From the human T2T-CHM13v2.0 reference genome, Homo sapiens: 64,000 bases of DNA. Position 1 is the first letter of the stretch. The number at the start of each line of letters is the position of its first letter. The DNA lies in the NCBI RefSeq assembly GCF_009914755.1, contig NC_060930.1; one strand, given 5' to 3'. The position numbers were made by a program, and so were the translations under genes. The notes under the pieces were generated by a model that did no database searches, was not told where the DNA came from, and saw nothing but the letters and a program-made list of their open reading frames with translations. Of the stretch, positions 25,581 through 38,889 are shown piece by piece.

Positions 25581-28189
25581 AATTTGAGGAGTAAAGCTAT
25601 TCAAGAACTCCTGTGCACTTTGCATTTTCCCTGCTGAACCCTTAGAGCTGAAAATATCATCTGACACATATCAGGGGCTCAGTAAACATTTATTGCATGA
25701 ATAAATCTTCTCCTAACAATGGAGAGGATACCACACAGAATATGGGGTGTACTGTCACAGAATACCCCATATCACAGAAATCCCCAATCATTCTTCCAAT
25801 ATTATCTCCTTCATCTTTCTAGGATTTAAATTAAGGGTGAATATGTAGAGTTTCAGCTGCAGGGTTACCTCACTTCGACTCCATCCCTGCCAAGCCAGCT
25901 GTTTTTTTTGTGTGTGTGTTTTTTTAATGGGGATATAACAGGGAATCTCAGAAATACACAACAAACTAGCAATAAGAATGACAAGGGGGTTATAATTTAT
26001 CATCCAAAGAAATTATATCAAAGCTCCAAATAGCTTTAATTGATAATATTATCAACATCAGTCAGTACCCCTTTCTTCTTCTTCTTGAAGGTGGTCACTT
26101 CAGTCCAAGACAGTATTTCAAAGAATCAGTGAAAAAAGAGTCCCAGCCCAGAGACACATGGAGTAGCAAAGAAAACTGGCAAGGTGAGGGCTGTCTATGC
26201 TGCTATTGCAGTACCAAAGAGTTCAGAAGTCGCCAAAACATGCATGTATCTGTTTTTACAAAGTACTGCCCAGTAGAATATGTTTACGTCAAACGTATGA
26301 GAAACCGCAACATCAAAGACAATTCCCATTGAAGCTGAAAGCATCAGGCAGAGTTGAACAATGGAGAAAGTTGAACAAAGCTTTGTTGTAGTCAGTCATT
26401 CCCACAGATTGCTTCACAATTCACTTGCTAGTTGTGACCTCGAAGTTGAATTAACCTCAAATTGTTGATCTGCCACCCTAATATAGAGAGGTAAGAGGCA
26501 CTCTGTGGTACTGATAGAAATATTTTATTCAAGCAAAGAGCTTTGGATTCCATATATGCTCATTCAATTCACTCAACAACACACCTGAGCAGTGGTTTAA
26601 GACTTTCGTCCCATTAGTAAACTCTTAAGTCTTCTTGCTAACTCCCACCCATGTTCACTGAGTTTGAAATTGACAAAAAGGAGTAGGTTTAGATGCTAAA
26701 ATGTTAGAACATTAAAATATCAACTAATGCAGTTCCCTCACTGAAAAGTGAGAAAGTTGAGATCCAAGGATGTAGACCTGCTTATGCTACATTTGTTTAA
26801 ACCACAGTCAGGCAAAAGCACAGCTAGATCCCATGTTTACAGACAGGACTCCCAGGTAAGCTTTTTCCTGCTATACATGTGTCTCAAACTCTTCCTACCG
26901 GCAAGCCCTCATTCATCTAAACAGGCAGGCTGAGAAACTCCAACTTTGTTGATTTCTAATTGAACCACACCTACGGTAGCAATGGCTTCAAAGGTTGGAC
27001 ATCATGCTGAATACCTGCTAAAGAAAAGTGCTTTCTCCTTTTGATATTTCTACAGTTGCTAGAAGCTTGGGGCTATAAACCTGGTTCTGCTGTTGACTGG
27101 CTGGGTAATCCTGGACAAGTTAGGAAACTGTGCCTCATTTTCCTCTTGTACAAGATAAAAGCACTGCAATCCACTGACCCTAAGGGAGCCTTGCAGGTTT
27201 AAGATTACATGAGTCGATGAATAATCTCCCTCTTTAACAGTAGTGTCTTTAATTATTTGAAGATTTATAGTAATTTAGCACCTTCCTTCCCTCCATGAAA
27301 ATAACTTCACATTAGGGAAATGGATCAGTAAATTTTGATAAATGGATATAATAAAATAAGCAACAATCTTAAATTATATATGCAAAAAGTTAGTAATAAT
27401 GCAGGAGATACTTTTTTGTTATGCTGATAACTGAGGAAATCAAAACACGATTGTATATATATTATCCCAAGTATATGTGTTTTCTACCTTGCACAACATT
27501 TAAAATAGTGGTTGGCTCTGACAGGTGAAATCAAGGGTGGATACTTGGTTTTCTACTTTTTTCTTTGAGTTTGTCTCTATTTTCCATGAAACAAAAAGCC
27601 ACTTTATTTTTAGGGAAAATAAATAAGCTTTGTTTTTTAAAAAGATTTATGACCCTGGCATTTTGCAAGTACCTGAAAATTTATGCATTTAGCAAACATA
27701 GACTCTGCTCAGAATATAAATGAGCCCTGATAGGTAGAATGTATCTCATGCCTCTTCTAAATTTTAGTAGTTACCTAACAAATGTTTTTGCCCTTGACTG
27801 TAATGCTAGAAAAATCAAATCACAAGACTGTAAGGCTAGAGTTGAGAAGTGAAGTCTTCTACAAGAGCCAGGAAAGATGCTTTTCAGCAACCAGTTTGAA
27901 TTCTTACATAGTATAAGCCACATGGTAGAAAATAAATAAAAGCAGATTAATTGATTGACTTATGGCCAAAAAGTATCTGGCTTCAGCTTTCTCCTTATGC
28001 CATTTGTGAAACCTGCAGCTCAGGGGCCCCTATCCAGGCCGAGTGGTACTTTCTAGCCTATGGCTCCTAACTGAGGATATACACTTGAAAAACAAGAGTC
28101 AGAATACCTAGACCAGAGATGGCAAATATACAGCTCACGAGCCACTGCTCTCTGCTTCCATGTCCTTGGCAAGCATTACTGATGGATAA

Positions 28190-28625
<436 letters not shown>

Positions 28626-28769
28626 GGATGAAGTCTTAAAATAGTTATGCAGCAATGTCTTCAGAGGAACAAATGAAAGATATTTGATAAATGAATGGAT
28701 GGATGTGAGTCTTGTAATAAAAATGCTTTGACAACTCTAAAGTGCAAGGCATCAAAATCTTGACTGTGG

Positions 28770-29115
28770 ATGAAAGGAGGATTCACTTCAAGCTGGCTTA
28801 TTCACAGACTTGGCAACTTACTGCTGGTTGCTGGCAGGAGGTCTCAATCCCTTGCCAGATGGATTTCTTCATAGGGCTACATATCTGTTGTCACAACACG
28901 GCAGCCGACTTCCTCCTGAGCATGTGATCCAGGAGAACACAAGGTAGAAGTCACAATGCTTTGTATGGCCTAACCTCGGAAGTTGCACCCTATCCTTTCC
29001 TCACTATCCTGTTGTTTATACAGGCCAGGTCTATACAATATGGAAGAGTACTACACACGAGTATGAATACAGGAGGCAGGAAACACTGGGAGCCATCTTG
29101 GAGGCTGGCTACCAC
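28770..29115 (-). mobile_element. MLT1F/H-like LTR
   Basis: ends gccatcttggaggctggctaccac, the reverse complement of the MLT1F/H start. Confidence 0.75.
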
Positions 29116-29264
29116 GTAAGTCCCTGTAATGGAGTTAAAGAAGTTTGAGATTCAATCCTTGCTCTCAAGGAACTCACAGTGTAGTTGAAGGAAGCCCATA
29201 TATGCAAACAACAACAACAATAAAAACCAACAATCTGCTTAAAGAAAAAATAAAAACTATGACA

Positions 29265-29648
29265 GACTGCTAGAAACCCCCAGTATCTAAGTTCTCTGCC
29301 TCTTCTTGGGAATACTACTACATTTCATTTCCCATCTCCGTTGGGTTTTGGTCTGGCCGTATAACTGGTTTTGGGCAATGGAATATAAGTGGAGATGATA
29401 CGTGTCACCTCCAAGCTGAGGTAGTAAAGAGCGGCATTGCCACCTCCACACTCTTTCTCCTTTATTTGATGGTTATGGCATGTAGAGGGTGGAGTCACTG
29501 TGTTCCTGAATGACTGTTTAGAGCAGGCTATGGCCCACACCTTCCCTGGACCCATGCTGGGCTTCAATATGTTTTCACAAAACTCACATGTGAAATTTTA
29601 TTGCTATTTGTTTCAGCCCCTGGTATTATTTACCCTAGCAAACAAACA
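29265..29648 (+). mobile_element. MLT1I/J-like LTR
   Basis: tttcccatctcc..tggccgtataactggttttgggcaatggaatataagtggag..tgtcacctcc. Confidence 0.6.
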
Positions 29649-29869
29649 AAGTCATCCAAGGCAACAACCAATCTGTGCAAAATAAATGACTGTAAGCCTC
29701 CTCCAGATGAATCCATGTTTTACGAGACTTCTTCTCACACATGCATGGGGCTCAGCTCAGTGCAATGGCCCAGTAGACATTCCATAATTATTTAGACAGA
29801 GAGTATAATAGAAAAAGTAGGCAGCAACACTTCAGAAAACAGCCTGAGTGGATTCTTCACATTGCTTTG

Positions 29870-30110
29870 CAATCTCTTTCTCCCAAACCCCTTCCCTCAA
29901 TAACAGTAGCCAGCAGGAATGCAGTAAATCTCCTATATGGTTTTCCTGCCATTAGCTAGTCTCTTTCCCCACACTCCATGTTGTACAGTGCCATGAGAGG
30001 AATCTTCCTTAAGGTCAACTCTGATTGTACCATTCCTCTGCTCAACAATCTCCAGTGACTCCCCACTGCTTTCTAAATTAAGTTATGTGCCTTATATTCA
30101 CTTTCAAGGC
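29870..30110 (+). mobile_element. L2 fragment
   Basis: ctgattgtaccattcctctgctcaacaatctccagtgactccccactgc. Confidence 0.65.
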
Positions 30111-30233
30111 TGGAAACTACCTTATATTTTGCTCCTTTCATTCATTCATTAAGCAAATTTCTATGGACCTACATTGCACCAGACACCACGTTAAATGCTA
30201 ATTAGGTATGGCTCTTGCCCTTAAAAAGCTCAG

Positions 30234-30370
30234 GGTCAGGCATGGTGGCTCATCATGCCTATAATCCCAGCACTTTGGGAGGCTTAGGTGGGAAGATCAC
30301 ATAAGACCAGCCTGGGCAACCTAGCAAGACCCCATCTCTACAAAAAATAAAAATAAAGAAATTAAAAGGA
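30234..30370 (+). mobile_element. FLAM/Alu left monomer inserted in an antisense L2 tail
   Basis: single monomer plus A-rich tail; flanks aaaaagctcag / aaaaatctcag. Confidence 0.9.
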
Positions 30371-30574
30371 AAAAATCTCAGTCTAGTGAGGGAATGATAG
30401 CACAATGTGAAAGTAAAAGAGGTAACTCAAAAGTGATTAAGCAGTAGAAGTATAGAGGAAGTGATAGCTATTTGGTGTAAGATTTCACTTAATAAAAATG
30501 GAATGCTTGCTATGCCCCACATCCACTTCATACTTTATTCCACTAAAAAGCCATTCTCCCACTCTAGAATACCA

Positions 30575-31350
30575 TCTTTGCACCAGATTTACAGAAGAGT
30601 TACAAAGAGTGTACAGAGATCCCTCATGTACCCTCACCCCACTCACCCTAATGTTAACATCTTGCATAACCATGGCAATTTGTCAAAACAAAAAATTTAA
30701 CATTGGTACACTATTAAACTATAGACTTTATTTGGGTTTCACCAGTTTTTCCACTAATGTCCTTTCCTTTTTCCAGGTTTCCACATTGAATTTGGTTAGC
30801 ATGTTTTCTTGGTCTCCTTAATCTGTGATGGTCTTTTATTGTTTTTTATAACCTTGACAATTTTGAAGAGTACTGGTCAGGAATTTTGTAGAATGTCTCC
30901 CAATTTGAGTCTTTCTGATGTTTTCTCATGATCAGACTGGGTTTTGGGAATGGATAATACAGAAGTGAAGTGCCCTTCTTATCACATTATATCAGAGGGT
31001 ATGTGATGTCAACATGACTTGTCCTTGATGAAGCTAATCTTGATCACTTGGATAAGGTGGTATTTGTGAGGTTTCTCCACTGTAAAATTTCTGTTTTTCC
31101 CTTTCCATGCTCTATTCTTTGGAATCAAGTCACTAAGTCTAGATGACACTGAAAAGGAAGGGGATTAAGCCTGTGACCCAGGAGAGGGGAGTATCCACAT
31201 ATATCATTTGGAATTCTTCTGCAGAAAGATTTATTTGTCCATTCTCTCTCCTTCCTTCCTCCCTCCCTCCCTCCCTCCCTTCCTTCCTTTGTTTTCTTTC
31301 TTCAATTATTTATTTGTATTACTGTGGACCTATAGATATTTTCTTCTTTC
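30575..31350 (-). mobile_element. L1MC 3'UTR fragment
   Basis: agatttacagaagagttacaaag...ttgacaattttgaagagtactggtcagg..ttttgtagaatgtc. Confidence 0.8.
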
Positions 31351-31494
31351 CTTGAGTTGTGTGATGCTCTGCCATTTTTAACGTGACGTTCATAGATACA
31401 TGCTTAAGGTTATATACTACATTAAGTGCAGTCTTATCATCTTTCTTGACAGTAAACTTCCAGGAAAAGCAATGTGCCCTATTTCACTTATCAT

Positions 31495-31805
31495 CAAAGT
31501 TAGGTCAAATGTCACCTTCCAGATGCCTACATTGGCCAGTCCTCTAAAGTAGCGCCCACCCCCCACTGCTGCCAGTCACTCTCAGATTATTCTGTTACAT
31601 TTTTATTTTCTTTATAACACTTGCTGCTTGGTAGTAATTTTATAGACTTATTTATATACTTAATATTTGTCTTTTCCCACTAGAATAGCAGCTTCCTGAG
31701 ATCAGGAGCATTGTTTTTCTTGTTCATTTCTGTATTCTCAGTGTCACAAACAGGGTCGGGCACATTGCCAGTACACGGTAAATGTTTACTGAGTAACTCA
31801 ATAAA
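31495..31805 (+). mobile_element. L2a 3' end
   Basis: tcaaatgtcaccttc...cccactagaat..cttcctgag.tcagg...gtaaatgtttactgagt. Confidence 0.75.
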
Positions 31806-32293
31806 TCTTCATATTTCTCACTATGCCCAGTGACTGGCCTTAGAGAGATCAATAACTACAAATGAGTGGAATCTGGAACTCTCCCAGTACCTGTTAAATT
31901 ATGGTTAAATACATTTTTATTTATAAAATTCTAATGCATAAAAATAATTTTCAGAACAACACTGACATTAAAAATAAAAATAACAAACATCTGAATATGT
32001 CTTTGCTGTCAGGCAGCAGATTCTACTTCCTGATTGTGTTGTATTCCTGTTAACACTGGAAATTCAAGTCATTGTTCTCTGAGCCCACACCAGCTGGCTG
32101 CGCAATGGAGAACAAGAGTAGAAACAGAGAGAATTGTCCCAGGTGCTGAGGGTCTCTGGCTCATGCCTAATCCACAAAGTAGGCCACTGAGATGTGCCTG
32201 GGTGGTCAGATAATAAAGAGACTGGCATAGGATGAAGAAAGAAAGAAGAAAGAAAGGAAAGGGGAGAGAAAGAAAAAGAAATACATATACAAG

Positions 32294-35206
32294 CTCCCTC
32301 TCCCTCTCCCTCTCCCTCCCCTCCCCCTCCCCCTCTCCCTCTCCCTCTCCCCACGGTCTCCCTCTCCCCACGGTCTCCCTCTCTTTCCACGGTCTCCCTC
32401 TGATGCCGAGCCGAAGCTGGACTGTACTGCCGCCATCTCGGCTCACTGCAATCTCCCTGCCTGATTCTCCTGCCTCAGCCTGCCTAGTGCCTGCGATTGC
32501 AGGCGCGCACCACCACGCCTGACTGGTTTTCGTATTTTTTTGGTGGAGACGGGGTTTCGCTGTGTTGGCCGGGCTGGTCTCCAGCTCCTAACCGCGAGTG
32601 ATCCGCCAGCCTCGGCCTCCCGAGGTGCCGGGATTGCAGATGGAGTCTCGGTCACTCAGTGCTCAATGGTGCCCAGGCTGGAGTGCAGTGGCGTGATCTC
32701 GGCTCGCTACAACCTCTACCTCCCAGCCGCCTGCCTTGGCCTCCCAAAGTGCCGAGATTGCAGCCTCTGCCCGGCCGCCACCCCGTCTGGGAAGTGAGGA
32801 GCGTCTCTGCCTGGCCGCCCGTCGTCTGGGATGTGAGGAGCCCCTCTGCCTGGCTGCCCAGTCTGGAAATTGAGGAGCGTCTCTGCCCGGCCGCCACCCC
32901 ATCTAGGAAGTGAGGAGCGCCTCTTCTCGGCCGCCATCCCATCTAGGAAGTGAGGAGCGTCTCTGCCTGGCCGCCCATCGTCTGAGATGTGGGGACCGCC
33001 TCTGCCCCGCCGCCCCATCTGGGATGTGAGGAGCGCCTCTGCCCGGCCGCGACCCCATCTGGGAGGTGAGGAGCGTCTCTGCCCGGCCGCCCCATCTGAG
33101 AAGTGAGGAGACACTCTGCCTGGCAACCGCCCCGTCTGAGAAGTGAAGAGCTCCTCCGCCCGGCAGCCACCCCGTCTGGGAAGTGAGGAGCGTCTCCGCC
33201 CGGCAGCCACCCCGTCTGGGAGGGAGGTGGGGGTCAGCCCCTGCCATGCCAGCCGCCCCGTCCAGGAGGGAGGTGGGGGGGTCAGCCCCCCGCCCGGCCA
33301 GCCGCCCCGTCCGGGAGGTGAGGGGTGCCTCTGCCCGGCCGCCCCTACTAGGAAGTGAGGAGCCCCTCTGCCAGGCCAGCCACCCCGTCCGGGAGGGAGG
33401 TGGGGGGGTCAGCCCCCCCGCCCGGCCAGCCGCCCCGTCCGGGAGGGAGGTGGGGGGGTCAGCCCCCCCGCCCGGCCAGCCGCCCCGTCTGGGAGGGAGG
33501 TGGGGGGATCAGCCCCCCGCCCGGCCAGCCGCCCCGTCCGGGAGGTGAGGGGCGTCTCTGCCCGGCCGCCCCTACTGGGAAGTGAGGAGCCCCTCTGCCC
33601 GGCCAGCCACCCCGCCTGGGAGGGAGGTGGGGGGTCAGCCCCCCGCCCGGCCAGCCGCCCCGTCCGGGAGGTGAGGGGCGCCTCTGCCCGGCCGCCCCTA
33701 CTGGGAAGTGAGGAGCCCCTCTGCCCGGCCAGCCGCCCCGTCTGAGAAGTGAGGAGCCCCTCCGCCCACCAGCCACCCCGTCTGGGAAGTGAGGAGCCCC
33801 TCTGCCCGGCAGCCGCCCCGTCTGAGAAGTGAGGAGCCCCTCCGCCCAGCAGCCACCCCGTCTGGGAAGTGAGGAGCGTCTCCGCCCGGCAGCCACCCCG
33901 TCCGGGAGGGAGGTGGGGTCAGCCCCTGCCATGCCAGCCGCCCCATCTGGGAGGGAGGTGGGGGGGTCAGCCCCCCGCCCGGCCAGCCGCCCCGTCCGGG
34001 AGGTGAGGGGCGCCTCTGCCCGGCCGCCCCTACTGGGAAGTGAGGAGCCCCTCTGCCTGGCCAGCCGCCCCGTCCGGGAGGGAGGTGGGGGGGTCAGCCC
34101 CCCCGCCCGGCCAGCCGCCCCGTCCGGGAGGGAGTTGGGGGGGTCAGCCCCCCCGCCCGGCCAGCCGCCCCGTCCGGGAGGGGGGTGGGGGGGTCAGCCC
34201 CCGCGCCCGGCCAGCCGCCCCGTCCGGGAGGGAGTTGGGGGGGGTCAGCCCCCCCGCCCGGCCAGCCGCCCCGTCCGGGAGGGAGTTGGGGGGGGTCAGC
34301 CCCCCCGCCCGGCCAGCCGCCCTGTCCGGGAGGGAGGTGGGGGGGTCAGCCCCCCCGCCCGGCCAGCCGCCCCGTCCGGGAGGGAGGTGGGGAGGTCAGC
34401 CCCCCCGCCCGGCCAGCAGCCCCGTCTGGGAGGTGAGGGGCGCCTCTGCCCGGCCGCCCCTACTGGGAAGTGAGGAGCCTCTCTGCCCGGCCAGCCGCCC
34501 CGTCTGGGAGGGAGGTGGGGGGGTCAGCCCCCCGCCCGGCCAGCCGCCCCGTCTGGGAGGGAGGTGGGGGGGTCAGCCCCCCCACCCGGCCAGCCGCCCC
34601 GTCCGGGAGGTGAGGGGCGCCTCTGCCGGGCCGCCCCTGCTGGGAAGTGAGGAGCCCCTCTGCCCGGCCACCACCCCGTCTGGGAGGTGTGCCCAGCGGC
34701 TCATTGAGAACGGGCCATGATGACAGTGGCAGTTTTGTGGAATAGAAAGGGGGGAAAGGTGGGGAAAAGATTGAGAAATCGGATGGTTGCCATGTCTGTG
34801 TAGAAAGAAGTAGACATGGGAGACTTTTCATTTTGTTCTGTACTAAGAAAAATTCTTCTGCCTTGGGATCCTGTTGATCGGTGACCTTACCCCCAACCCT
34901 GTGCTCTCTGAAACATGTGCTGTGTCCACTCAGGGTTAAATGGATTAAGGGCGGTGCAATATGTGCTTTGTTAAACAGATGCTTGAAGGCAGCATGCTCG
35001 TTAAGAGTCATCACCACTCCCTAATCTCAAGTACCCAGGGACACAAACACTGCGGAAGGCCTCAGGGTCCTCTGCCTAGGAAAACCAGAGACCTTTGTTC
35101 ACTTGTTTATCTGCTGACCTTCCCTCCACTATTGTCCTATGACCCTGCCAAATCCCCCTCTGCGAGAAACACCCAAGAATGATCAATTAAAAAAAAAAAA
35201 AAAAAA
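32294..35206 (+). mobile_element. SVA retrotransposon, full length (SVA_D-like)
   Basis: (CCCTCT)n hexamer 32294-~32350; Alu-like domain to ~32765; GC-rich VNTR to ~34690; SINE-R (HERV-K env/LTR derived) to ~35188; poly(A) 35189-35206. Confidence 0.98.
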
Positions 35207-35280
35207 GAAAGGAAGGAAAGGAAGGAAAGAAAGGAAAGAAAGGAAAGAAAGAAAGAAAAGAAAGAAAGAAAAGAAAGAAA

Positions 35281-35328
<48 letters not shown>

Positions 35329-35330
35329 AA

Positions 35331-35382
<52 letters not shown>

Positions 35383-35393
35383 AAGAAAGAAAG
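35207..35393 (+). repeat. (GAAA)n/(GGAA)n purine-only microsatellite
   Basis: direct reading; no pyrimidines from 35189 to 35393. Confidence 0.97.
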
Positions 35394-36139
35394 CGAGCTG
35401 GCCAAGGCTGCCAACTATCTAAATTTGAGTTCATTATGGTAGAGCCATTTTAAGCCTCATGGAGAATTTACCCAGTTGGGGAAGAAAGAAATGGAAATCT
35501 GAAAAGCCAGCAACAGTCCTTTCCCTGAACTGGAGAGGTGGCTGAAGGCTGGTAGGAATTTGGACTTTTCTTCCCAGCTTGTTTGGTAAAAATTATCAAT
35601 GGCTGACATTTAAGAGAAATGAAATCTGATGAGGCAGAGTAAATGCAGTGTGAATGATTTGCTTTTCCCCATAACTGAGTGGATAAACATGATTATTTAC
35701 TTAATAAAGAATTCTTTGATGTTCCCAAAACAATCCTATTAGTTTAATAAATGGTTGAAAAATTATGATTTATACAAGCTTGGTTAATAAATATACTCTG
35801 CAGTCTCTGTCCATTTATCATTGATTTCCATATGTTTGTACAGACAGCTGAGTTCTTTCTTTTCCTCTGAATGCTGCATTTGCAGGAAAATCAGGATTGA
35901 ATTTAAAACATGAAATAATCATTATAAACCTCCTAGGTAAATAGTACTGACTCATTTACTCACACACTGAAGAATCAGGGCCAGCACCCAGGAATAAGAA
36001 TCTTTTTCTATTTTCTTTCTGTCTTTTGGAAGAGAAAACTGACCCAGGGTATATCATCACCCCTAACTCGGTGCCAGAGTTGGGGAAGATAGGAGAAACT
36101 ATATGTACTCCATGATCATTGCCTGCCAAAAGCACTTAC

Positions 36140-36160
36140 CGGTGCATCAGAGATGAGCTT
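36140..36160 (-). other. Candidate 21-nt microexon
   Basis: minus strand: tttttgctcttagtcttttcag|AAGCTCATCTCTGATGCACCG|gtaagt. Confidence 0.3.
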
Positions 36161-36854
36161 CTGAAAAGACTAAGAGCAAAAATCTAGTATCTGATCTCAA
36201 GTATGAAAGGCCATCCTGAGTCATATTACGAGGCTGCCATAGTATATTAATATATCTCACAGGCTTACTCTTTTAGATATGCCAAGTTTCTAAAATCATT
36301 GTCTTTGTAATCAAAAGCTTTTACTAAATACGTCACATGGTGGTAAGATAGTGAGCCCCTTTCAGTTGAAGTATGCAAGCTGAATCTGAATGGCCATTTG
36401 TGAAAAATGCTTTGAAAGAACATGTAGAGCAGATGGAGGGTTGGCTTGCAGGAACTCCAGGGTTTTCTTTTTTTTTTCAACTCCAGGGTTCTATGCAGTC
36501 AGCCACCTAATATCTTACAATCTAAATAGGAGGAACCATGTGGATGCTAGTCAATACTGAAAACCTACAATTAAAATAATTAAATTAAATGAATACATAA
36601 ATTAGGTGAGAGCACCTGGACATTTGGTGGGAAGATGAGTGAGGAGGATATGAACCGTACTTAGAAGGCAATCTATTACACATGCTGTAAAGGTAGGAGA
36701 CAAATTCTTATTGGAATGACAGATTAATATTTCAAGAGTTAGTGAGTGATGGGAGTATAACAGAGCTGTCACTGCTCCACTCATACCCGCTAGGCCTTAT
36801 TACTTTAACACCTGCCTGCCCAACTTCCAACCCCCAGCAGCTGCATCTCTTTGC

Positions 36855-37306
36855 CCCTGAGCAAACATAGTGACTAGCTTCTAATGAATAGAATGTATCA
36901 GAAGTATTCGTTTTCCACTCCCGAAATTAGGTCATAAAAGGCATTGTAGCCTCCTCCTTGCTCTTTATCTTGGATTGGTCACTCTGGGGGAAGCCAGCTG
37001 CCATGTGGTGAGGACAATTGAGCAAGCTTATGAAGAAGTTCACATGGTAAGAAACTGAGGCCTCCTGCCAACAGCCCTGTGAGTGCGCCATCTTAGAAGT
37101 GGAACTTCCAACCTCAGTGAAGCCTTCAGGTGCCTGTGGCCCCTGCCAACATCCTGATTGACACCTCTTGGGCAAGAACCACCCAGCAAAGCTGCTCCCA
37201 AATTGCTAACCCACAGAAACTGTGACATAATACATGTTTATCATTGTAAGCTACAAAGTTTTAGGGAGGAGAGCAATTTGTTACACAGCAATAGATAACA
37301 AATACA
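36855..37306 (+). mobile_element. MLT1F-like LTR
   Basis: gggaagccagctgccatgt...aactgaggcctcctgccaacagc...tttgttacacagcaatagataacaaataca. Confidence 0.85.
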
Positions 37307-37589
37307 TTCAGACTAAGCTAAAATACAGAGAATGATCAATAAGGTCAAAGGCCAAAAAAAAAAAAAGTTCAAAGGCTTGGGAGATGAGGAGGAAGACAAA
37401 GCATGGCTTATATTATTTTTAACAAAAAGTAGAATGATACTGTTTATTTCATATATGAATTTTTTAAAAGCTGAACCTCAGATGGAAATTTATTAATCAT
37501 AATTCTTAGATCATGACAGTTGTCTTTCATTCAGCAATGATCCTCTATTTTATTTATGATTTTAGTAATATAATGCACACTTATAAAAC

Positions 37590-38169
<580 letters not shown>

Positions 38170-38304
38170 CTATGAAAAGGCAAAATCCAGCTCTACTGCT
38201 CCTGCAGCAACAGCTATCCCTGGCCTATCAGAAATGTCTCATCTTCTCCATACGAAGCCTCTGGATCATACACCTAGATCCAAGCAATTCAGTTTCCTCT
38301 GAAA

Positions 38305-38686
38305 CAGTGGTCCCCATCGTTTTTGACACCAGGGACCAGTTTCATGGAAGACAATTTTTCCACAGATGGTGTGGGAGGGATGGTTTCAGGATAAAACTGT
38401 TCCACTCCAGATCATCAGGCATTAGTTAGATTCTCATAAGGAGCAGGCAACCTAGATCCCTCGCATGCACAGTTCACAGTAGGGTTTGTGCTTCTATGAG
38501 AATCTAATGCCAAGGCTGATCTGATAGGAGGTGGAGCTCAGGTAGTAATGTGAGCTATGGGGAGCCGCTGTAAATACAGATCAAGCTTCACTCGCTCTCC
38601 CACCGCTCCCTTCCTGCTTTGCCACCTGGTTCTCAACAGGCCACAGACTGGTACCAGTCCATAGCCCAGAGGGTTGGGGACCCCTG
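38305..38686. mobile_element. MER1B-like hAT-Charlie MITE, complete
   Basis: TIRs cagtggtcccca / tggggacccctg; 8 bp TSD ctctgaaa / ctctaaaa. Confidence 0.9.
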
Positions 38687-38889
38687 CTCTAAAAGATCAG
38701 AACTACAATGACAATGTTCCACATGCCTTTTTATCTATCACCAAGAACGAAGCCCCTCCATATTTTTTGTCTTCTACTCAGTCTTCCCCAAACGGTGCTG
38801 TAAATCCCAAATCTGTTCCACCCCTTTTCCTCAAAACCAAAATCCTTCCACTGCACCTTCTAGAAATTTCTCTTCATTGATGTCTCATA

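Noticed and set aside
32770-34690. CpG-island promoter or CRISPR-like repeat array
   Set aside because: The GC-rich tandem units are the SVA VNTR. There are no unique spacers, no cas genes, and the context is eukaryotic.
32064-35453. Many overlapping long ORFs (up to 226 aa) with Pro/Gly/Arg- or Lys/Glu-rich repeats
   Set aside because: They are reading frames through the SVA hexamer, Alu-like domain, VNTR and (GAAA)n, which are stop-poor by composition; not genes.
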